The translations under genes were made by a program, and so were the position numbers. Below, one piece after another: positions 51,160-60,463 of a DNA stretch of 64,000 nt (the first letter of the stretch is position 1; every line of letters starts with the position of its first letter). Origin of the DNA: Eremomyces bilateralis CBS 781.70 (lineage: Eukaryota); NCBI GenBank assembly GCA_010015585.1, contig ML975165.1, one strand, 5' to 3'. The notes under the pieces are model-generated. The model made no database searches. It was not told where the DNA came from and was given only the letters and a program-made list of their open reading frames with translations.

Positions 51160-52352
51160 CTAACTTTGAAGGTCCTGATTAGACCACCATTCAGGGGGAT
51201 CAGTCGGGTAGATGGTATACTCCAGTCGTAATGCTACCTTCCCTATTACGTCTGTGAACAGATCTGTCATCTCCCGGATTATCACCTCGTAAGCTTCGTC
51301 GAAGATATATTCGAACTCCGTTGCCAAAAAAAGAACACATCACTGCTCTTGCTAACACCTCCGAACTTTTTCGTAGCTGGAGTGTTGCCATAGATATACC
51401 GGATTGCATCAACAATAATCTTATAGTCATCGTTAAGCACACGGTAGAGAGACCTAACAATGGTATGTAAGTTGCCAATGAGCCTCTTGAGGACAAACTG
51501 CTCGAGTGTTGGCATCTGGAGAACGTTTGCAAGGACATATAGCTTCGCATGCGCTAGAATATCTTGCCCAATGCTGTAAAGCATGACACGCGAATAAGCA
51601 GCATTATCGTAAAAAATTGCATCTCGGTGGTTGGGTTCTTCAGGGGGTAAAGCGGGTTCTCAGGGTTGAATGGCCACAGTGAAGCTAGCTCATAAAATGA
51701 TGTGGTTTGAGCAACTGAGTCTTGTCCATCTAATTCAGTGTTAGCTTCGGAACCAGAAAGTCAACTGAGTCAGTGTACTCGAAATTTAACACAACAGATA
51801 TAGATATAGCAACTGGATCCAGTATAATAGAAGGGCCTGGTATGAGAATGCGAGGACGACATTCTACCGTGGTATTCGGAACATGGGGCCCAAAATAACT
51901 CACCCGCAACGTCCTGGTCTTGAAGCGTCTCTGTCATAGCACGAAGCTTTGGCTTGCAATGAAGGCAGTTGCAAGCCCGAAGCAAAGGTTCTTCAGTCGT
52001 CAGACAGGCCTCTTCATCGGTCCAATGGCGGTAGTCCCTCACTTGCTCATAAGCACGATAGTCTTGGCGGTAAGTGAAAATGACTAGTCGCTGAACGGTA
52101 GGTCTATCGAGTGTTTTCATGTCGATAACCTTCTCGTCAGACTCCTTCCAGGACCAATCCATAATTTTCTCGAGGAAGGCAGATCCACAGGTGGAAAGGA
52201 CTGTGCCATGAACGTAGAGAGGCTTTTGGTCGCCGGGAATCAACTTGAAGATAGTGTCATCGTCGAAGGCGTCAAAAGCACTATTAGCTGGTTTAGATAT
52301 CCTTCTAGGCCGGCATAACTGACCCTCCCAAATGCTTGATGCTCACACTCAT
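51160..52352 (-). pseudogene. BTB/POZ-domain gene (copy A) with three homopolymer frameshifts (pseudogene or assembly error)
   Basis: IFKLIPGDQKPLYVHGTVLSTCGSAFLEKIMDWSWKESDEKVIDM..VQRLVIFTYRQDY and LAHAKLYVLANVLQMPTLEQFVLKRL..DAIRYIYGNT are typical fungal BTB segments. Frame breaks near 51613, 51369 and 51329. Confidence 0.7.
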
Positions 52353-53262
52353 CGGCTCATCAACAGCTAAATGAGGCATCCTTATTAGAGACCGCAGTGC
52401 CAGTTAGCTCTAATGATCTCGGTTTGAACAGATAAATTGCTAGATTAGGAATGGATGGAAATAAGGGCATAGGAAAATGTACTCTTACTAGTAAAGCGGT
52501 GTTGGATCCATCTAACACCGATAATGGAACAATCAATGTTTCTTCCGTGTTACTGTGAGAAAGGGAAGAAAAGGCCTTTGCGACAAGTATATCCAGTTCA
52601 TTTACCATGTCTGGTAGACGGAAAGAGTGCACGCTGAGAGTACCAAGACCGCGTGGGTGTTTCTCAGGAGGTGTAAGGCGAGCCAACGATGTCAGGGTAC
52701 CTAAATAGTCAAACTGAGACCTCTGGTAACTGGAGGAGTTGGGATAGAAAACCAGAAATATATCAAAAGGTGACCATCCAAGGTGGCTTGGGACTGAATT
52801 GATAGAATGATGCAGATGCACTTGACAGGGCACGCACGGGTCCCTCAGCATCCACCATGGAGTGGAATAAAGAATATCTTTATCTCTAGGTACTGTAAGT
52901 TCTAATAAAGGAGGCCATTAAGGATTTACGAAGCCTTAGAGGCAAGTACTGGTAAGAGTACATACAGGTACTTTTGCAAACATCTTGTGAGTGGTGCTAT
53001 GCTTCAGCAATCGGTTACATTGACCCTAGAATCTGTGTTAGGTAGACAAGTGATGGGCTTCCACTCATGGATGCTTGTATACACGATAGATCCAGATGCC
53101 GAAAATAATGGCAAATGAAGGATGCCAATTGCCAAACTCATCCTCATGAATAAAATGTGCTGATGTAATATTTTGCTGAACTGAATTCACTCACTTCACA
53201 TGCTGCAATTTACCATCTGCCAGAGGCCCAGATGTGAGCAGTGAGACTGGAGACATCACCAC

Positions 53263-53541
53263 CAGGGTGGCTATTTAGGCAAATACAAGCCATTCCGGCT
53301 TTGTCCCCACTTTTGAGTGATTTGGCCTGGCTCGTTTCCACTTTTGAGTGATTCGGGCTGGCTCGTTTCCACCTTGTATCTCTTCATACAAATCGAATAT
53401 CAGAAACCAAGAAGTTATGGTAGGCTAGAGGTGAAGAAAGTTAGGCTTGTACCGGCTTGCAGGCCGAGTCAATTATAAGCCGTTAATTCAGGGTCCAAAT
53501 ACAGTTTTACACAGGCCGATCCGGCTTAAATAGCCACCCTG
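53263..53541. mobile_element. Non-autonomous hAT-type MITE, 279 bp
   Basis: TIRs CAGGGTGGCTATTTAGGC (53263-80) and GCTTAAATAGCCACCCTG (53524-41), 17/18 match. Perfect 8-bp TSD ATCACCAC at 53255-62 and 53542-49. No coding capacity. Confidence 0.88.
53307..53372. repeat. Two 31-bp tandem repeats inside the MITE
   Basis: CCACTTTTGAGTGATTTGGCCTGGCTCGTTT followed by CCACTTTTGAGTGATTCGGGCTGGCTCGTTT plus CCAC. Confidence 0.85.
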
Positions 53542-53590
53542 ATCACCACTAGTTATGATTAGTAATCAGAAGTTGTAGTCGAGTTAAATC

Positions 53591-53609
53591 CACGTGATCT
53601 CACGTGATT
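53591..53609. promoter_or_regulatory. Tandem CACGTG(AT) E-boxes 10 bp apart, about 90 bp upstream of the Clr5-domain gene
   Basis: CACGTGATCTCACGTGATT; bHLH (Cbf1/Pho4/SREBP-class) consensus. Function inferred only. Confidence 0.35.
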
Positions 53610-53692
53610 TTCAACTTCATCCGACAACAATACGAAGACGCGACAGAGCGACGATTACAGACAGCGAGGAGGCTCGAGAAACCAGTGACAAA

Positions 53693-55660
53693 ATGGTCTA
53701 TGACTGGGATGGCAAGCTTGATACTTGCTATCGGCAGTATGTCATCGAAAAGAAATCCATTGATGAGGTGATGCAATACTGGAAGGCTCAAGGCTTCAAT
53801 CCTTCGTGAGTAGAACCCCCCATCATTCCCCCAACGCGTTTTGATCGATGGGTGATTGGGCGCGTGGATTTGCATTTCTCCTCGTGGAAATGGTTAAAAG
53901 AAAAGAAGAGCAGATGACGCAGAATGTTGAATGATGCACGACTTTTCGGGAGCTCGCGCGGGCCTCTTCGGCGTTGAGAGACCGACTCTTGTGGACTATA
54001 GCGACACCATTCACATTTCCATCCATGGACGTTGGCTGACGCCTGAGGTCTTCTAGCAAACGAGCATTCCAGTCTCAATTCAAGGTATGTATTTCGATGA
54101 GGGCATGTGATCGATTGTTGACAAGCAAATAGCGATGGCACTTCCCAAGCAAGCACAATCCGGCTCACAAAAGCCCAGCGCTCGTGGCGCGCATTCGCCA
54201 GCTCTGGGAGCAGAACGAAACTCAGGCGTCGATGCTGGAGATCCTCCGTCGAGAAGGGTTCAACATCTCCTCCAGATCTCTCTCCAGGCTTCGAGGATCC
54301 CAGCGGTTCCTTCTTAGGACTCCGAACAAGACCAAGTCTGAGGAACCGACGGCTGCTACCGAAGCAATTACTGAGGATGTCCAAGATGTTCAAGATGTTC
54401 AAGATGTCCAAGACGTCCGAGATGTTCAAGATGACACCATGTCGGGCATGAATGAGAATGCTACAGATGCAGATCTCGCACAGAGCAATGTTTCCTCTGA
54501 GAACGTCAGTCTTTAGAAGTCCCATTCTTCGCGAGTCCTGTCAAGATCATTGTTAACATATCATATAGCCTGTATCCTATATTCCTGAGATCAGCCAAGC
54601 CCTTGCATCACAAGCGAACGGATACGCCCCTCAGTTGCAGAACGATCCTGCCGAACCCAACCCTACCCCGAAGCGCAAGAGACCCACCGGTGTCAGATAT
54701 GATTGCGAGATGCCACTCTACGAATGCAAATCCCGTCTTGAGCTGGACAACGAGGAATATGCTGAGGTCAAGTCGACGTTCGAGAAAATCTGCCGGGAAC
54801 GAGGCATCACCCGCAAGAAGGACAGCGGATGGCAAGACGCCAAGGCTACTCTCATTGAGATCCATCCGAAGCTTCGAGGGTTGCTCCGAACGGAGAATTA
54901 CCCTCATGTTCCCGAACAGATCATTGACAAGCGGAACCGTGCTTTGGACAATCTGTGCCAGGATATCGCAAAGCGACTCCGCACCAACCCTCGCCAACCG
55001 CTCGCCGTTTCCAAGAATATCCTAGGCCTTGATCCGGAGCATCATCGACAAGTTCGAGATACCTTCATCGACATCCTCCACGCGCAGAATGCCCGGACCA
55101 AATCCGAGATGGGTCTTGCACGTTGGGACGCAATCAAGCAGGAGTGGATCGCCAAAACACCCCTTCTGCACGATATGGTCGCCACGGCCCCCCCCGAGAA
55201 CCAGAAGGAAATAGGTAAGGCCCTCGAACTGGTTGCGAGAGAGGCACAGAAGCGCTACCGAGACAACCTCGCCAAGGAAGACCCGACGACGCGTCGCCGT
55301 CTATCCCAAGCCCTTCCTGGTCCCGGGCCCGCACCTCCGCGAATGCCGAAGAGGCACGTCCCTCTTGCTCATGACGCCCCCGCCGGACCTTCGGTGCATC
55401 CCCCAACATCCCCCCCGGCGCCCTCCACCGTCGCGATGAACGCGCTTGAGTCGCAGCTTCGCCAGGCGAATGCCGAGCACGAGGAGCGGATCGATCCCGA
55501 ATTGCTTCGTGCGGCGAATCATCCCGCGCTGGCGATGCCTGAGGGCTTGCCTTCGGATGGAACGTCTCAGGGAGGCAATTTCGGATTCCACAATGCGTAT
55601 CCTATGCAGCCGATGGACGAGAATGGACAGCTCTACCACTTCTCTCGAGGAGGCATGTGA
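53693..55660 (+). CDS. Clr5-domain protein; exons 53693-53805, 54057-54084, 54133-54504, 54569-55660
   Basis: MVYDWDGKLDTCYRQYVIEKKSIDEVMQYWKAQGFNPS|KRAFQSQFK|RWHFPSKHNPAHK..LVARIRQLWEQN is the conserved start of Pezizomycotina Clr5-domain proteins. Three canonical introns join in frame. Confidence 0.85.
54376..54429 (+). repeat. Six 9-bp coding repeats (GATGTYCAA; Asp-Val-Gln)
   Basis: DVQDVQDVQDVQDVRDVQ within the Clr5-domain CDS. Confidence 0.85.
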
Positions 55661-55904
55661 GGATGGATTAAGGGACCGGTAGCATGATCGGAGACTACCG
55701 ATGCTGAGGCGGAGGAGCATGATGATATCTCCTGGTCGGTGACAGGCGTCGTTACGAGGTATGAGGAGTTACAAAGGCTATGAGATATCCACAGGCGGCG
55801 TTTCGCATCGTCATGGCAAAAGTCGGCGTCAACAGACGCCTTTAATTCTTCCGTGTCCATATTCTCAGCGCTCAGCGCTCAGCGCATTAGCTCTAGCTAG
55901 TGAT

Positions 55905-57871
55905 TCAATTCGAAACCATTAAACTTTCCAGTTCCTCCGGGCTCAATGTGCTTTTCCTCCTCCTTGGTCGCCCTCCAATTCGAGTGGGGATGACGCTCTT
56001 TCGTCGGTTCTGCAGCTTCGTCTCCCCCGTCGATAGCGTGCCCACCGATTCCGTCTTCGTTTGCGTGGCAGCTGCCGCTTCCGCCTCCGCTTGAGCAACG
56101 CTGAGCTTCTCCTCGATGGTTAGCTTGGGATATCGCTCTTTCTGGGGTCGTGTGGGAGAAAAGCCGCGAGTATGCGTCTATGTTATGTTAGTGATCTAGC
56201 TGAGATATGCGATCGTGTAGTTAACTGCGTACCTTGCGTGGTATCCTCGATTCCGAGGTTTTCGAGACCGGTTTTTCAGATGAGGAAACATCCTGCTTGG
56301 AGCCTCTCCCTTCAACCTGCCCAAGCAGCTCCAGCTCCAGTTCCAACTCCGATTCATTCTCGTCGGTGGCGCGTGTCACGTTCGACGAGCTGCTGTTCGA
56401 GGCGAAGCCGACACTCTTTCGCGGAGACTTGATGTTTCCGGCTGAATCTCTCAACGGCATCAGCGTCTCGATCCGGTCAAAGTCTAAATGTGCAGTTCGT
56501 GACTCCGATCGGTTTTTTGATGTCTCCAGTTGTTCGATCTCCGCTTCAAGGATGGCGTGCGCATGATCATCAACCAGTTCCTCGTCCTCGGATTGCTCAT
56601 CCTCTTCATCGCTGTCCATCTCCCCAACGATCTCTGCCTTGCTGACCGCAGCGCTGACCGCATTTGTAAGACCCATGCCCAGCCCAAGTCCCATCTTAAT
56701 TTCCTCCAAATTGATGGTATCTCCGCCTTCCGTTATCCGCTTCCTCCACCCTTCCATAAGCGCGATGGCGTCCTTCCACCTCGACTCCATCTTCTCCCAT
56801 CCCTCCCTCAGCTTTAGTATCTGGTCTTCCCGTACGGCAACTTCTTCGACCGGCACGAAGTTGGGGTTCGTGAGTAGATCTCGCAAGTTCTCGAGAACGA
56901 TGTCGGCGTCAGCAGCGAGCGATTCGTACGATGTTGGGAGGGTCTGAAGCATGCCGTCGATACCTCCTGGCTCTTGTCCCTCTTCAGCACCATGTCCAGT
57001 TTCAGCATTCAGCGGGGTCGATTCAGGAAGGCCTTGTAGCTCGCGCAAAGTCGCAACTGTGCTCCGGACCAGCGAAATGAGATTGTCGTTCTCATCCGCC
57101 AGGCTCTGCGAGAGCGATGTCAAGAACTCGGTAGTTTCTTGCTTCAAGCTGTACATATCATCGGTTTCTGCTCCGGCGACGTCTCCATCCTCGTATCGTC
57201 CATTCATATTCGCAGATCCAGTAGTAGGAACTCCTGGGACGACGGCTCCAGGAGTAATCGTAATGCTCCCAGCAGCCAAACCCCCACGGTTTGCTCCACG
57301 CTGATGTGTAGTGAGATGACCCTTTAACCGATTGATTTGAACATCTCTCTTCCTGACATCGTTGGCACATGCAGTCCGTACTTGAACCACCGTCGTCTTC
57401 AATCGCACCATCTCCTCCTTCATACTCCTCATCGCATTTTCGGCTGTACGGAGCGCAGCACGGGCGGAGCGTTCTTGTGCATTTGCCAGGGAAAGCTGTC
57501 GCGAGAGATCGTCCACGCGTGTTTCAAGTCGGGATATCGTGTGTGTCTGGTCGGAGGTTTCGGTGCGGAGATTCTGGAGGGTGGAGGCAATACGTTCGCG
57601 TTGGGTTTGTTCGCGCTATCCGTGGGAACAATTATCAGCTCTAATCTTGCTTCTTTGGTTCATGATAGTGCAATGCACTCACATCTCGTCTTAGAATCAA
57701 ATCATGCACAAGGTTAATAATCTGCGCCATCGTCGCATCGGCTCCGCCCTCTCCTTTGGATGGACGAGCAAACTCGATGGGTTTGCCATTGCGGAGTAGT
57801 CCTCGCGCAAGGAGGAGGTTATTGACATATTGGGCTGCCGTCTTGAGGTTGTATGCATCCGTTGTCGTCAT
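55905..57871 (-). CDS. tinA: Afadin/alpha-actinin-binding (ADIP) domain protein, TinA/Msd1/SSX2IP-like; exons 57871-57683, 57615-56233, 56177-55905
   Basis: YVNNLLLARGLLRNG..IINLVHDLILRRD, CANDVRKRDVQINRLK, ETTEFLTSLSQSLADEND, LLTNPNFVPVEEV and the C-terminal RRRKSTLSPEELESLM. Confidence 0.85.
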
Positions 57872-58226
57872 TTTGGCTTAATATGATGGATATGCAAGCT
57901 TCATCATGGTGAGAACAAGACTCTTTAGGTTCCGTTGTCGTTGTTTACGTTTGTACAAATGCGGTTTAGTGTTTCTGATGGGATATGGACCCCTGTCGCT
58001 CCACAAGAATTGTTGCCCTCACTGCCCTGGTTTGAAAACTCCCGAAACCCCGCCGCCGAGGTAACTGGTGGGTGGTGCTTGAGTGAACGGGATTGTCAGC
58101 AAGATCGAGACATAGCCTTCGCTTCTTAAGTTCATATTTAGCTTCTTTATACATTGGCATTTCTTGTTTAGAGCCGATTAGAGACTAATATCTTCACAAT
58201 CCTAAGTCCTAAGTTTCAATCCGACA

Positions 58227-59385
58227 ATGCGAGCCGTCCAGGTGAAAGAATACGTCCAGGTAAGATACTTTCAACCAAAACTGAGAGCATATTGCTACTT
58301 GACAGGCTTGAGGATGCTGTCTGACTGTGGTTGTACTATAGGGACCTGAAGGTCTTACTGTGTCTGAACTTCCAGACCCAGTTCCCGCCGCTGATCAGTA
58401 TCTGATCTCCGTTCGCGCCTCTGCCACCAATTTCTTCGACCTCCTCCAGATCCGCGGGAAGTACCAACATCAGCCTCCACTGCCATGGATATCGGGATCG
58501 GAGTTCTCTGGAGTCATCCTTAAAACCCCAACTTCTCCGCCGGGGGGACAGAAGCCAGCCTTCCAGGTTGGGGATAAAGTTTTCGGTTCTGGCCAAGGAG
58601 GTTACGCCACCAAAGTTACCTGCGATGAGTCAAGGTTAAAGCCGGTGCCTAAGGGCTGGTCTTTCGAGGATGCCGCAGGAGTATTCGTGACTGGCCCGAC
58701 AAGTTACGGTGGTCTCGTCACTAGAGCAGGTGTCAAAAAGGGTAAGCCATCGTACTAACCCCATTAATATATGATATGCTGACGCAGACATCATTTAGGC
58801 GATTGGGTCCTCGTCCATGCAGCAGCTGGTGGAGTCGGACTCGCTGCTGTCCAAATCGCAAAAGCCTTTGGAGCCACCGTCATCGCTACCGCCGGTACAC
58901 AGCACAAGCTGGACGTCGCGAAGTCATTCGGCGCTGATTACGGAGTCGACTACCGTTCAGAAACCTGGTATGATGAAGTCAAGAAGCTGACCCCGAACGG
59001 TCGCGGGGTCGACATCGTGTACGATCCCGTCGGGATGATCGACAAATCAATGAAGTGCATCGCCTGGAACGGAAGGCTCTTGGTCATCGGGTTCGCTGGC
59101 GGCGACATTGAAAAGGTTGCAACCAACAGGGTCTTGTTGAAGAATGTGAGCATAGTAGGCTTGCATTGGGGAATGTACTCCACTTATGAGCCGGGAAGTG
59201 TCAAGGACGTCTGGGAGGGATTGTACGAATTGATGGAATCCGGGAAATATCGCGGGACAACGTATTCAGACAAGGAGTATGTCGGACTAGAAAGCGTTCC
59301 CGAGGCCTTGAGGGCACTCGGCAATCGGGAGACTTGGGGTAAGGTGGTGGTGAAAGTACCTGAAGAGAACCAGACGAAGCTATGA
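58227..59385 (+). CDS. NADPH:quinone oxidoreductase / zeta-crystallin-like MDR; exons 58227-58259, 58342-58741, 58799-59385
   Basis: NFFDLLQIRGKYQ..PWISGSEFSG, VLVHAAAGGVGLAAVQIAK, GRLLVIGFAGG, GKVVV. Ends in -TKL. Confidence 0.92.
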
Positions 59386-59606
59386 TTGGGAATAAATTTC
59401 TGTTTTAAGTTGCGGAGAGATCGCTGATATTGATGGATGTAGACAATGACATGTATATAAGATAAGTGACGCGCTCACTTTCCATCCAGAACGAGCGCTG
59501 ACGTTGTTGTCCCGTATTCATCGGATAAGACCTTGAATTTGATCGCCATGCACTTCGTTAGTAGTATCCTTGAACTCCATATTCATCAATTGACACTAAC
59601 CTGGGG

Positions 59607-59612
59607 AAAAAA
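59607..59612 (-). terminator. T6 run just 3' of the RNase P RNA (candidate Pol III terminator)
   Basis: Plus-strand AAAAAA lying 6 nt beyond the 3' strand of helix P1. Confidence 0.5.
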
Positions 59613-59618
59613 GGGTTG

Positions 59619-59976
59619 AAGCGTCGTCCTCACCCGAGTAATCGGAATCGAATGGCACCTCACTCCAACCATTCTGCTTTCGCAGGGTAGGCAGGAGATC
59701 GATACGCCGCGTATTGCACTCAAGTGTCATGCGCACACACACAATCTTCGCACCGACTCCCATGGAGCGACCTCTCTTTCGAAAAGCGCCCCGAGATTTC
59801 TGATGCCGAATGCAGGCACAAGTCGCGCCAGGCCCTCACGGGCAGCAGCCAGAGCTCTCGCCATGAAGACAAGAGGGTAGCGAAAGGTTGAAGATTACTC
59901 CGAATTTCTCATTTGTCCAGTGATCAGAAATTCTGTTCATGGACAAATAAACGCAGCGTTGGTGAGGACGACGCTT
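59619..59976 (-). ncRNA. RPR1: Nuclear RNase P RNA (about 350 nt)
   Basis: Perfect 16-bp P1 (59961-76 with 59619-34); P2 ACGCUGCG/CGCGGCGU; P3 AUUUGUCCA/UGGACAAAU; CR-I GAGAAAUUCGGAG (59910-59898) pairing with CR-V CGAUUCCGAUUACUC (P4); CR-II UGGCGAGA, CR-III CAGAAA and CR-IV AGUGCAAUA in canonical order. Confidence 0.9.
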
Positions 59977-60463
59977 GAAGAAAAAGATAAGTTTGGAGTC
60001 ACTACTGAGATATTTATTGAGTGGGAGATTCCGACCGAGTCATGTCTAACGCGTCGGATCAACAACATGCGTCATGTCCTCACGTGATCTAAGACATCAG
60101 GCTCCAAGTTTGCGAATGTTCTCGGACTTAGATGCCTTCGATCGGATCTTTCACTATTTCATGTCCTTCTCTTATTCATGTTCTTATCCTTTAATATCTA
60201 AACCTAGCGATATCGGCGGTCTTGACAGTTTCACAGGGTTTTGGTTTTCAAGCGGCTGATTTTGTCGTTGAACGGGTCTACGCTCTTTCAGTTCCTCCAC
60301 TTCGAACATCTGATGTCCAACCAGCGGTCCAGATTGCTTAATAAACGCCCAATATCTTTGTGTCGGGCCCTGTTTCTTTGAATTCAATCCGAATCCGGGC
60401 TCTCTCTGATGTCATACCAATTGTAATAATCCCGAAGTGGACCACATCCTTGCCACGGACCTG

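Noticed and set aside
53307..53372. 31-bp direct repeats resembling a mini CRISPR array
   Set aside because: Adjacent copies without spacers, inside a MITE, in a eukaryote.
59619..59976. 16-bp inverted repeat first read as MITE TIRs
   Set aside because: No target-site duplication, and the interior carries RNase P CR-I to CR-V motifs, so the repeat is helix P1. The CR-I sequence fits RNase P rather than MRP (no GAAAGUCCCC).
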